Part shown: positions 24,949 to 34,119 of the stretch, piece after piece | Layout: each line of letters opens with the position of its first letter | How positions within the stretch are numbered: position 1 is the stretch's first letter | Program-made: the position numbers and the translations under genes | Assembly: GCA_003605035.1 (NCBI GenBank) | Contig: QZKJ01000078.1 | Location: 163-64,162 of the forward strand | Length of the DNA: 64,000 nucleotides | Origin: Desulfurivibrio sp. | Lineage (GTDB): Bacteria > Desulfobacterota > Desulfobulbia > Desulfobulbales > SURF-16 | Reading direction: 5' to 3' | Notes under the pieces: model-generated | Seen by the model: only the letters and a program-made list of their open reading frames with translations | Told to the model about the DNA's origin: nothing | Database searches by the model: none

Positions 24949-26543
24949 ACACCCCGCTGCTCGCCATTCATGCGCTTAATGCCGGCTTTCACAGCCAGGA
25001 CGGTTTTGTCCCGGTCCTCCATGATGTCTCCTTGACCATCCGCCAGGGAGAGACCGTGGCCCTGGTGGGCGAATCCGGTTCGGGCAAATCCGTCACCGCC
25101 TTCTCCATCCTGCAACTGCTTGACCGCCACAGCTTCAGCTGCCGGGGAGAAATCCTGTTTAACGGCCAGGACCTGCTGAGCAGAAGCGAGGCCGAGCTGC
25201 AGCGGATCAGGGGCAATGATATCGCCATGATTTTTCAGGAGCCCATGACCTCGCTCAATCCGGTCTACCCCATCGGCCACCAGCTCATTGAACCGCTGAT
25301 GCTCCACCAGCATCTCGACCCGGAGCAGGCCAGAAGCAAGGCGGTGCAACTGCTTGCCAAGACCGGCATTGCCGACCCGGAAAGCCGGATGCACAGCTTT
25401 CCCCACCAGCTCTCCGGCGGCCAGCGGCAAAGGGTGATGATCGCCATGGCCCTGGCCTGCCGCCCCAAGCTGCTGATCGCCGATGAGCCGACCACGGCCC
25501 TTGACGTGACCATTCAGGCCCAGATCCTGGTCCTGCTGCAGGAGCTGCAGAAAGAGCTGGGCATGTCCGTGCTGCTCATCACCCATGATCTGCACATGGT
25601 GAGAAAGATCGCTGACACGGTCTGCATCATGCACCAGGGCCGCATCGTCGAGCGTGGCCCCTGTGCGGCCATCTTTGCCGCACCACAAGATCCCTACACC
25701 ATCAAACTGCTTGACAGTGTGCCCAAAGGGGAACCCGACCGCAAGCCGGGCGGCAGGCCGCTGCTCACCATTGCCGATCTCCATTGCCATTTCAGCATCA
25801 GAAGAGGTTTTTTCAAACGCAAGGTGGGCGAGATCAAAGCGGTCAACGGCGTCAGCCTGATGGTCCGGGAAGGGACCACCTATGGCATTGTCGGCGAATC
25901 AGGCTCCGGCAAAAGCACCTTGGGCCTGGGCATCCTGCGGCTCATTGAGGGCAGCGGCCGCATCACTTACGGCGAGACGGATCTGCTGGCCAGAAAGCGT
26001 GGCGAGATGCGCAGCCTGCGCCGGGAACTGCAGGTCGTTTTCCAGGACCCTTTTTCCTCGCTGTCCCCGCGCCTGACGATTTTTCAGATCATCGAGGAAG
26101 GGCTCAAGGTGCACCGCATCGGCCGGGATAAACAGCAGCGGCGGGAAATCGTCGAACGGGTTCTCCAGGAGGTGGGGTTGACCCGCGACATGCTGGACCG
26201 TTATCCCCACGAGTTCTCCGGCGGCCAGCGGCAGCGGATCGCCATCGCCCGGGCCATTGCCCTGCAGCCGAAATTCATCGTGCTCGACGAGCCCACCAGC
26301 GCCCTCGACATGACCATCCAGGCCCAGATCATCGAGCTGCTGCGCTCCCTGCAGGCAAAGTACGCCATCACCTATCTGTTCATCTCCCACGATCTGCGCG
26401 TGGTGCGGGCCCTGGCCGACGAGGTGGCGGTGATGAAGGACGGCGTGATCGTGGAAAGCGGGCCGGCGGCGGAAATTTTTGCCAACCCGGCCCACCCTTA
26501 TACCCGCAGGCTTTTCAGCGCTGCTTTTGAGCTCAAGGCGTAA
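24945..26543 (+). CDS. yejF: ABC transporter ATP-binding protein with duplicated ATPase domains (YejF-like)
   Basis: 532 aa. Two Walker A motifs (GESGSGKS twice) and two LSGGQRQR signatures. ATGA overlap with yejE. Confidence 0.92.
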   Translation: MNTPLLAIHALNAGFHSQDGFVPVLHDVSLTIRQGETVALVGESGSGKSVTAFSILQLLDRHSFSCRGEILFNGQDLLSRSEAELQRIRGNDIAMIFQEPMTSLNPVYPIGHQLIEPLMLHQHLDPEQARSKAVQLLAKTGIADPESRMHSFPHQLSGGQRQRVMIAMALACRPKLLIADEPTTALDVTIQAQILVLLQELQKELGMSVLLITHDLHMVRKIADTVCIMHQGRIVERGPCAAIFAAPQDPYTIKLLDSVPKGEPDRKPGGRPLLTIADLHCHFSIRRGFFKRKVGEIKAVNGVSLMVREGTTYGIVGESGSGKSTLGLGILRLIEGSGRITYGETDLLARKRGEMRSLRRELQVVFQDPFSSLSPRLTIFQIIEEGLKVHRIGRDKQQRREIVERVLQEVGLTRDMLDRYPHEFSGGQRQRIAIARAIALQPKFIVLDEPTSALDMTIQAQIIELLRSLQAKYAITYLFISHDLRVVRALADEVAVMKDGVIVESGPAAEIFANPAHPYTRRLFSAAFELKA

Positions 26544-26691
26544 TTTTCACTTGTTATCAACATTCCATAACGATATGATCATGATAAAAAGACTGCTTAA
26601 CAAACAATAACAGTCACAGGACAAGAGCGGCTTGCTCCCTGCCGCCCTGGGACCGCTGATAACCAACTACTAAAATGATCCGGTGCCGACT

Positions 26692-27549
26692 ATGAAAACA
26701 CGATTCACCCTGTTTCCGTTCTGCCTCTTTTTCAGCCTTATCCTCTGCACCAGCGCCTCTGCGGCAACACATCCCTGGGACATGAAACTGCCCTTCCAGG
26801 CGGCAACCATCCAGTACAGCATCTCAGGCCTCGAGACAGGCGCGGAGACCCTGTATATCCGCGATTATGGCAAAGAAAGAGCAAGCCACCGCAAATCAAC
26901 GACCAAAATGATGATGATGTCCACGGTGACGGATCAGATCGAGATCACCAATCCGGACTGGGTGTATACCATCGACCTGCAGGCCGGCACCGGCACCAGG
27001 GTAACCAACCCGCTGAAATTCATGATGGAGGAATACAACCGGCTCTCATCTGCGGAAAAGGAGATGGTCAATAAAAACGTTCAGGAAATGGGCGCTTCCT
27101 TCATGCAGGGCATGCAGGGCAGCGTCCAGCAGAATGCCGGGGACATCCTGGGTTACAGCTGTGATCGCGCCTCCGTGGCCGGCACCACCTCTTACTCCAT
27201 CCACGGCACGGATATCGCGCTGAAATCAGAGGGAAACATGATGGGCATGCATTTCTCCACCGTGGCCACCGGCATCACCGAGGGCTCAGTGCCCGGCGAC
27301 GTCTTTAACCCGCCTGCCGGCATCCAGATCACCCATGACCAGGAGGCTGATAACGCCGCCAGGACCATGGCCAGATCAACCATCGACACCTTGAAATCAC
27401 CGGACGCCTCCAGTAAAATGCAGCAACAGGCGGAAGGTGCCATGAACGAGGCCCAGTCCGCCGACCCGCAGGCTCCCCCGGCAAACCAGGGATCAGGCCA
27501 GGAAATGCAGCAGGCCATGGATGCCCTGAAAGGTCTTTTTGGTAAATAA
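26692..27549 (+). CDS. secreted hypothetical protein with Met/Gln-rich C-terminal tail
   Basis: ATG at 26692 gives MKTRFTLFPFCLFFSLILCTSASA (signal peptide). I recognise no family. Confidence 0.55.
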   Translation: MKTRFTLFPFCLFFSLILCTSASAATHPWDMKLPFQAATIQYSISGLETGAETLYIRDYGKERASHRKSTTKMMMMSTVTDQIEITNPDWVYTIDLQAGTGTRVTNPLKFMMEEYNRLSSAEKEMVNKNVQEMGASFMQGMQGSVQQNAGDILGYSCDRASVAGTTSYSIHGTDIALKSEGNMMGMHFSTVATGITEGSVPGDVFNPPAGIQITHDQEADNAARTMARSTIDTLKSPDASSKMQQQAEGAMNEAQSADPQAPPANQGSGQEMQQAMDALKGLFGK

Positions 27550-27697
27550 GCCCTTGTAAAAAAACAACATGGTCAGAGAAATGCGCGGAACGGCACTCTT
27601 TTCAGTACCCCCTTGAGGGTTATAAGGAGTCGTACCGAAATTGAGAAAATGGCCATGTTATTTCGTAACGGCTTCTAACCTTAACTGAGAGAACCCC

Positions 27698-29440
27698 ATG
27701 ACGGAAGATATCTACGCCTTCAAATACGGCGAGTTCGGCAACACCGAGGCGATTATTGCCAGAAAACCGGGCCTGGCCCTGCAATACTTCAATTTCGTCA
27801 ACAAAGGCACGGCCTTCACCGGGGAGGAACGGCGCAGGCTGGGTCTGGACGGCGCCCTGCCGCCCTCGCCCCGCTCCCTGGCCAACCAGGTGATCAACAG
27901 CGCCGAAAAGGTGAAGAACAAGGAAGATGACATTGAGCGCTTCATCTATATCCGCGCCCTGTTCGATCGCAACGTCACCCTGGCCCACGCCCTGATCCGC
28001 AGCGATATCAAAAACTACATGGGCATCATCTATACCCCCACCGTGGGGCTCGCCTGTCAGCGCTATTCGTCGATCTTCCGCAATGCCAACGGCATTCACT
28101 TCTATCCCGGCAACATCGAGCGGGCTGAAGAGATCCTGCGCCGCTATGTACACCAGGGCATCAGGGTGGCGGTGGTGACGGACAACCAGGGCATCCTGGG
28201 CATCGGCGACCAGGGGGCCGGCGGCATCGCCATCTGCCTCGGCAAACTGATGCTCTACACCCAGGGGGCTGGCATCGCCCCCTGGCACTGCCTGCCCATC
28301 TCCCTGGACGTGGGCACCAACAACAAGGCCCTGCTTGCCGATGATTTCTACCTGGGCTGGCGGCATGAAAGGCTCTCCGGCAGCGAATATCTGCGTTTCG
28401 TACAGCGCTTTGCCAAGGCCTTCCGGGCGGTTTTCCCCAACGCCCTCTGCCAGTGGGAGGACTTTTCCAAACAGAACGCCTTTGCCATCCGGGACTCTTA
28501 CCTGCACGACCTGATTTCCTTCAATGATGATATCCAGGGCACCGGGGCGGTCACCCTGGCCGGCATCCTCACCGCCATGCGCATCAAAAAGGAGAGACTG
28601 GAGGATCAGGTCTACCTGATCCACGGGGCCGGGGCCGGCGGGGTGGGCGTTGCCGAACAGATCGAAACCGCCCTGATTGAAAACGGGTTAAGCACGGAAG
28701 CGGCGCGCAGCCGCATCTATACCCTGGACAGCCAGGGGCTGGTCACCTCGGACCGCAAACTCGAACCCTACAAGGAAAAATTCGCCAAGGACCCCTCCCG
28801 GCTGCCCTGGCTGAAAAAGGCCGGCGACGGCAGCCTGGAAAACGTGGTTAAGCACGAGAAGGTGACGGTGCTGATCGGCACCTCAGGCCAGGCGGGCTGC
28901 TTCACGAAAGAGGTGGTGCAGGCAGCGGCGGCCAATACCCCGCGGCCGGTCATCCTGCCGCTCAGCAACCCCACCTCCATGACCGAGGCCCTGCCGGAGG
29001 ATATCTACAAATGGACCGAAGGCCGGGCCCTGGTGGCCACCGGCAGCCCGTTTGCGCCGGTAAACCACAACGGCAGGACCTACACCATCGGTCAGTGCAA
29101 CAATGTTTTTGTTTTTCCCGGGGTGGGCCTTGGCATCATTGCCTCAGGGGCCAAGGAGGTGCTGCCCTCCTTTTTCACCGCGGCGGCCCATGCGGTTTCC
29201 CAGTGCGTCCAGCCCGACGCCATGGACAGGGGCGAGCTGCTGCCGCCGGTGGCGGAGCTGCAGAACGTCAGCCTCAAGGTGGCCCAGGCCGTGGGGCTCA
29301 CCGCCATCCGGGCCAATGTCGGTCATCTCTGCGCCTTCAGCGACTTCCAGCATGACAATGATGAGGAAAAACTGGACAAACTGATCACCGGCATGCGCTG
29401 GCAGCCGGAGTATCTGCCCATCGAGCTGGCCTCGCCGTAA
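27698..29440 (+). CDS. maeA: NAD(P)-dependent malic enzyme
   Basis: 580 aa. IYTPTVGLACQ, VVTDNQGILGIGDQGAGGIAICLGKLMLYT and the HGAGAGGVGVA Rossmann motif. Confidence 0.9.
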   Translation: MTEDIYAFKYGEFGNTEAIIARKPGLALQYFNFVNKGTAFTGEERRRLGLDGALPPSPRSLANQVINSAEKVKNKEDDIERFIYIRALFDRNVTLAHALIRSDIKNYMGIIYTPTVGLACQRYSSIFRNANGIHFYPGNIERAEEILRRYVHQGIRVAVVTDNQGILGIGDQGAGGIAICLGKLMLYTQGAGIAPWHCLPISLDVGTNNKALLADDFYLGWRHERLSGSEYLRFVQRFAKAFRAVFPNALCQWEDFSKQNAFAIRDSYLHDLISFNDDIQGTGAVTLAGILTAMRIKKERLEDQVYLIHGAGAGGVGVAEQIETALIENGLSTEAARSRIYTLDSQGLVTSDRKLEPYKEKFAKDPSRLPWLKKAGDGSLENVVKHEKVTVLIGTSGQAGCFTKEVVQAAAANTPRPVILPLSNPTSMTEALPEDIYKWTEGRALVATGSPFAPVNHNGRTYTIGQCNNVFVFPGVGLGIIASGAKEVLPSFFTAAAHAVSQCVQPDAMDRGELLPPVAELQNVSLKVAQAVGLTAIRANVGHLCAFSDFQHDNDEEKLDKLITGMRWQPEYLPIELASP

Positions 29441-29443
29441 GCG

Positions 29444-29477
29444 CAGGAGACAGGAGACGGGAGACAGAAGGAGAGAC
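29444..29477. repeat. short heptamer array CAGGAGA x2, CGGGAGA, then degenerate units
   Basis: Starts 4 nt after the maeA stop. The units are the reverse complement (circular permutation) of the TCCTGNC array at 30022..30091. Confidence 0.6.
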
Positions 29478-29511
29478 TGCTGTATTCTGACTCCCGGCTT
29501 CCTCTCCGCCC

Positions 29512-30018
29512 TCACTCCTTGCCGTGCCGGCGTAAAAACGGCACCCGGTCAATGTCCGCCACCCGGGAACTGCCGTTGGCCCTGATCAGCCAGTAGCGTT
29601 GCGGGTTTGCGCCGATCTCCTGCAGCAGGAGGTCGGACACCCAGTGCGAGTCGTCAATCAGGTTATAGAAGGTCGAATCTATCCCGAAAAAACCGTCCAG
29701 CAGATGGGCGATCTCATGGACGGTTTTGCTGGGATAACCCTGGGGCATGGTCGTCCAGTTGCCCAGATCGCCGAAGCCCTCCTGCCGCAGTTCCGCGAGC
29801 AACTGCTCCACCCGCTGACGGTTTTGCGCCACCCCGTCCGCCAGTCTGGCCCTGAACTCATCCTGCAGAGCGGACAGCGATTCTTCGGCAATAACGCTCA
29901 CCCGGTCATATTTGACCAGAATGGTATTGGCAAAAAAACGCAGCGCATTGTCGCGGCAACCCGCAAAATCCTCTCCGGCCACCAGCAGCAGATGCGAGCT
30001 TATCAATTCCGAATCCAT
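29512..30018 (-). CDS. hypothetical protein (168 aa)
   Basis: ATG at 30018 gives MDSELISSHLLLVAGEDFAG.... The upstream part of the track ORF is a translated heptamer repeat. I recognise no family. Confidence 0.5.
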   Translation of the reverse strand: MDSELISSHLLLVAGEDFAGCRDNALRFFANTILVKYDRVSVIAEESLSALQDEFRARLADGVAQNRQRVEQLLAELRQEGFGDLGNWTTMPQGYPSKTVHEIAHLLDGFFGIDSTFYNLIDDSHWVSDLLLQEIGANPQRYWLIRANGSSRVADIDRVPFLRRHGKE

Positions 30019-30021
30019 GTC

Positions 30022-30091
30022 TCCTGCCTCCTGTTTCCTGTCTCCTGACTCCTGTCTCCTGACTCCTGTCTCCTGACTCCTGACTCCTGTC
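30022..30091. repeat. heptanucleotide tandem array, 10 units of TCCTGNC
   Basis: TCCTGCC TCCTGTT TCCTGTC TCCTGAC TCCTGTC TCCTGAC TCCTGTC TCCTGAC TCCTGAC TCCTGTC. It fills nearly the whole spacer between the antiporter stop (30101) and the next ATG (30018). Confidence 0.9.
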
Positions 30092-30100
30092 TCGAGCAAC

Positions 30101-32251
30101 TCACTGCAGCTTTCTGCCGGCCAGCAGGGCCTCGTTGGCCGGCCGGTAAACGATCAGCAAAGGCTTGCGGATCCTCCGGGAAACCGTCTCCACCAGCGAG
30201 CCGAAAAACAGTTTTTTCAGCATATTCTTTTTCGATGTGCCCATGACCACCAGATCATGCTTTCCCGACTCCTTGAGAATGGTTTCCTGCCTGGCCTCGG
30301 TCTTTTCGATCTGAAAGGTGATCCGGGCGGTGATTTTCAGCCTTTTCAGCCAGTCTGCAAGCTGCCGCTTCTTGAATTCCACTCTCTCATCAGATTCATC
30401 AGCGGACAGCAGGTAGAGGATGGTCAGCTGATGCTCACCCACCCGTGACAGGGCGTGGACCACCGGGGCTACATCACCCAGTTCCTCCAGACTGCGCACC
30501 GGCACCAGGATTTTCTCCGTGTGCAGCTCACCATAGAACCTGACCAGCACCACCGGGCAGGCGACGTTTTTGGCCACCTTCTCCAGGATCTCCTGGAAGC
30601 TCTGAAAGGTTCCTTCAATGGGATAACCGAGCACCACCGCCCGGGCATCGTTGAATTCCACCGCCGCCACCAGACCGGAGGCGACATCCTCGTCCGGCAC
30701 CAGTTCGGTCTGCAGTTCGTAGCCGAGCTGCTCCACCTCGTCCCGCTCCAGGTAGAAAAGGGCACCCGCGGTCCCGGGCAGGACATACTCCATGCCGGAG
30801 GGGGGCACCACCCGGACCGACATGGGCAGAGCGTTATAATGATGGGCCAGGATGGTCGCCATGCGGGCCAGCCCCTTGACCTTGGCCGACTGCTTGGCCC
30901 CGAAGGCCACCACCCCCTCCGGGATGGGGTGAGGGATCAGTTTTTCCCAGCTCCATGGGGTGAGGGCAAAGGCCTCCTGCCCCCTGATGCCGTTGTTCCC
31001 TCCTTTTTCTACCCTGCCGGAGGGGGCCTGGTCCCGGTCCTCGCCGGACTCCCCGGCCCTGGCCACCGCCAGCCGGGCGCAGACCGGGCCGCTCAGCTCG
31101 GAGAGCACCACCCCGGCCAGCACCACCGGGGTGATGATGGCGGAAAAGGCGACCAGGTCCTGGTCGCTGCTGATCAGAAAGATGAGACCGATGGCCACCC
31201 CGGCCTGGGGGATGAGGGCCAGGCCCAGATAATTGCGCACCGCAGGCGAAGCGCCGGTGAAAAACGCCCCGGCATAGGCCCCGCCGTATTTGCCGATGAT
31301 CCTGCACAGGAAATAGACCAGGCCGAGCCAGCCCGCGCTGCCCAGCGAAGAGAGATCGAGGTGGCTGCCGGCCAGGGTGAAGAAGAGCACGTAAATGGGG
31401 GGCTCGAAGGCGTTCAGGGCCCGGAAGAGCCGGACGTCCCTGGTCACCCGGTTGATCACGGTAAAGCCGGCAGCCATGCCGGCCAGCAGCGGGGAAAGAT
31501 GAAAATAGCGGCACCCTTCGCCGGAGAGCAGCAGCAGGGCCAGACCGGCGGTCAGCATCTCGTCCTGGCGCTTGAGATGATGCAGCACAAAGGAGAGGGC
31601 CAGACCGGTGAGCAATCCGGCCGAGAGCGAAAAAGAGATCTCCAGCAGGCTGCCGAGCATGGCGGAGGCCACGGAACCGCTGCCGCTGGCGGCAATCTGT
31701 CCGGCAAAAGACATGGCCAGACCAAAAAAGATGATGGCCAGCCCGTTGTTAATGGCCACCACGGCCATCAGGGTTGAGGTCAGCGGCCCCTTTGCCTTCA
31801 GCTCCCGCATGACGTGCAGGGTGGTGGCGGGGGCGGTGGCCACGGAAACCGCCCCCAGCAGCAGGGCCAGAGCCAGGTATTCGTCCGTGCTCCAACCGGC
31901 CTGCAGACCGCCCAGGCGGGCCGCGAAAAAGGAGGCGAACGCCACGAAAATCAAGGCGCCGGCAGCCTCGGCCACCCCGATCACCCCGATGCTCCTGGCT
32001 GACTGGCGCAGCCGTTTGACCTCGATCTGTTCGCCGATGCCGAAGGCAATCAGCATGAGGGCAATCTGGGTAAAATGGTGCAGCTTATCGCCCACCGACT
32101 CCATGGTGACGATGCCGAAGCCGGAGGGGCCAAGCAGCAGACCGGCCAGGATGTAGCCGGTGACCGATGGCAGCTTCAGCAACTGTCCAACCTTGGCCGT
32201 CAGCATGCCGGCAGCCAGCAGTACGGCCAGGGCCAGGGTAACGTTTTCCAT
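30101..32251 (-). CDS. CPA2-family cation:proton antiporter fused to tandem universal-stress-protein-like domains
   Basis: 716 aa. N-terminus ...LPSVTGYILAGLLLGPSGFG and about 12 TM segments, typical of Kef/NapA-type exchangers. The C-terminal ~300 aa contains two Usp-like modules (ILVPV..., DLVVMGTSKK...VSRRIRKPLLIV). Confidence 0.85.
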   Translation of the reverse strand: MENVTLALAVLLAAGMLTAKVGQLLKLPSVTGYILAGLLLGPSGFGIVTMESVGDKLHHFTQIALMLIAFGIGEQIEVKRLRQSARSIGVIGVAEAAGALIFVAFASFFAARLGGLQAGWSTDEYLALALLLGAVSVATAPATTLHVMRELKAKGPLTSTLMAVVAINNGLAIIFFGLAMSFAGQIAASGSGSVASAMLGSLLEISFSLSAGLLTGLALSFVLHHLKRQDEMLTAGLALLLLSGEGCRYFHLSPLLAGMAAGFTVINRVTRDVRLFRALNAFEPPIYVLFFTLAGSHLDLSSLGSAGWLGLVYFLCRIIGKYGGAYAGAFFTGASPAVRNYLGLALIPQAGVAIGLIFLISSDQDLVAFSAIITPVVLAGVVLSELSGPVCARLAVARAGESGEDRDQAPSGRVEKGGNNGIRGQEAFALTPWSWEKLIPHPIPEGVVAFGAKQSAKVKGLARMATILAHHYNALPMSVRVVPPSGMEYVLPGTAGALFYLERDEVEQLGYELQTELVPDEDVASGLVAAVEFNDARAVVLGYPIEGTFQSFQEILEKVAKNVACPVVLVRFYGELHTEKILVPVRSLEELGDVAPVVHALSRVGEHQLTILYLLSADESDERVEFKKRQLADWLKRLKITARITFQIEKTEARQETILKESGKHDLVVMGTSKKNMLKKLFFGSLVETVSRRIRKPLLIVYRPANEALLAGRKLQ

Positions 32252-32452
32252 TTACAGGTATCCCGGTTGCGCGCAGGTGAGTTCGTCGGAAAAATACTTT
32301 ACCCATTGTAATGGCAATGGCGGAAATTCACCATAATTAGATGAATATGCAGGCAAACTTCTTCTTTCGCTCACCAATCTTTCTGTGCTAGTATCAGCCA
32401 ATACTTTACGGATATTCGCGTAGTTTTACCCTTTTTACCAGGTGTGTCCAGA

Positions 32453-33802
32453 ATGAATGAGCTGATGCAGAAGATCAAGGAGCGGGACCCGGCCGAGAAG
32501 GAATTTCACCAGGCGGTCTTCGAGGTGCTGGAGACCGTCAAACCGGTGCTGGACCGTTATCCCCAGTACCGCCAGAGCGCGGTGCTGGAGCGGATCACCG
32601 AACCGGAGCGGGTGATCATGTTCCGGGTGCCCTGGATGGATGACCGGAACCAGGTCCAGGTCAACCGCGGTTTCCGGGTGGAGATGAACAGCGCCCGGGG
32701 CCCCTATAAGGGCGGGCTGCGCTTTCATCCCTCGGTCAATCTCGGCATCGTCAAATTCCTGGCCTTTGAACAGGTCTTCAAAAACAGCCTGACCACCCTG
32801 GCCATGGGCGGCGGCAAGGGCGGCTCGGATTTCAATCCCAAGGGCAGATCGGACAACGAGGTGATGCGCTTCTGCCAGAGTTTCATGGCCGAGCTCTTCC
32901 GCCATATCGGCGCAAGCACCGATATCCCGGCCGGCGACATCGGCGTCGGCGCCAGGGAGATCGGCTTTCTCTTCGGCATGTATAAAAAGCTGCGCAATGA
33001 ATTCACCGGCGTGCTTACCGGCAAGGGCCTCAACTGGGGCGGCAGCCTGATCCGGCCGGAGGCCACCGGCTACGGCAACGTCTATTTTGCCGCGGAAATG
33101 CTGGCCACCAGAAACCAGACCTTTGCCGGCAAAAGCTGTCTGATATCCGGGGCCGGCAACGTGGCTCAGTTTACCGCGGAAAAAGTGCTGGAGCTGGGCG
33201 GCAAAGTGCTGACCCTGTCCGACTCATCCGGCTACATCCATGATGAGCAGGGCATTGATGCGGAGAAACTCGCCTTTGTGAAAACCTTGAAGAATATCCG
33301 GCGGGGCCGGATCCGGGAATATGCCGAGCAATACCCGGAGGCGGTGTATACGGAAAGAGATCCTGGCGCAGACTTTAATCCCCTGTGGAACCACCGGGCG
33401 GACTGCGCCCTGCCCTGCGCCACGGAAAACGAGATCAGCCGGCAGGATGCCCGGAACCTGGTGCGCAACGGCGTCAGCCTGGTCAGCGAAGGGGCCAATA
33501 TGCCGTCCACCCCGGAGGCCATCGACATCTTTCTGGAACACAAGCTCCTCTATGCCCCGAGCAAGGCGGCCAATGCCGGCGGGGTGGCGGTTTCCGGCCT
33601 GGAGATGGCCCAGAATTCCATGCGCATCAACTGGCCCCGGCAGGAGGTGGACGAGCGGCTGAAGATCATCATGAAATCCATCCACAAAACCTGTCTCGAG
33701 GCGGCGGCGGAATATAATGAACCCGGCAATTACCTGGCCGGGGCCAATATCGCCGGCTTTGTCAAGGTGGTGGACGCCATGCTCGATCAGGGCCTGGTGT
33801 AA
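32453..33802 (+). CDS. gdhA: NADP-specific glutamate dehydrogenase
   Basis: MNELMQKIKERDPAEKEFHQAV..., KGGLRFHPSVNL, GGGKGGSDFNPKG and GAGNVAQ are hallmark GdhA motifs. Confidence 0.95.
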   Translation: MNELMQKIKERDPAEKEFHQAVFEVLETVKPVLDRYPQYRQSAVLERITEPERVIMFRVPWMDDRNQVQVNRGFRVEMNSARGPYKGGLRFHPSVNLGIVKFLAFEQVFKNSLTTLAMGGGKGGSDFNPKGRSDNEVMRFCQSFMAELFRHIGASTDIPAGDIGVGAREIGFLFGMYKKLRNEFTGVLTGKGLNWGGSLIRPEATGYGNVYFAAEMLATRNQTFAGKSCLISGAGNVAQFTAEKVLELGGKVLTLSDSSGYIHDEQGIDAEKLAFVKTLKNIRRGRIREYAEQYPEAVYTERDPGADFNPLWNHRADCALPCATENEISRQDARNLVRNGVSLVSEGANMPSTPEAIDIFLEHKLLYAPSKAANAGGVAVSGLEMAQNSMRINWPRQEVDERLKIIMKSIHKTCLEAAAEYNEPGNYLAGANIAGFVKVVDAMLDQGLV

Positions 33803-34009
33803 GGGACTCGGAAAATACTAATATACCTGGATCGCGCCCGGATTTGGGTTGGATTTGGCTGCACCGATTGAGCACCCCAAGGGTATTTGCTTCGCGGCAC
33901 AAAACCGCAGGTGTAGCAGGGCTACGGTGAGGATTTTGCGATTGAGGCGCAGCCAAAGACGGCCCGAAGACGGGATGCGTTATGCTAAATTGGTATTTTC
34001 CGAGTCCCT
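33802..34009. repeat. 208-bp element bounded by perfect 17-bp inverted repeats (AGGGACTCGGAAAATAC / GTATTTTCCGAGTCCCT)
   Basis: Arms are at 33802..33818 and 33993..34009. Central hairpin GTAGC-agg-GCTAC is at 33913..33925. The element starts within the gdhA stop codon. Confidence 0.7.
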
Positions 34010-34119
34010 AAGACTTTTCACCACGGAAAGCACGGAAGGTACAGAATTTTTTTCTCGCCGCCACCAACTTCGTGCAGAGAAATTCAGGTTTGGCCGGCAA
34101 TGCCGGGAACGTCACGGCC

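Noticed and set aside
20454-26495. Series of long minus-strand ORFs (20454..21350, 21360..22637, 22842..23762, 23878..24681, 24624..25790, 25899..26495)
   Set aside because: All lie antisense to the yejABEF-like genes, which have Walker, signature and permease motifs. Their translations are Gly/Arg/His/Asp/Gln-rich, as expected from reverse-frame reading of GC-rich codons.
27620-28624. 334-aa minus-strand ORF
   Set aside because: Antisense to the malic enzyme gene, which carries canonical malic-enzyme motifs.
17301-30091. Could the tandem arrays (17301..17390, 22781..22847, 30022..30091) be CRISPR or other spaced repeats?
   Set aside because: The units are 7-10 bp and directly abutting, with no unique spacers. 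They are microsatellite-type arrays, not CRISPR.
30455-31777. 440-aa plus-strand ORF
   Set aside because: Antisense to the CPA2 antiporter. The product is hydrophilic and G/H/Q/P-rich with no motifs.
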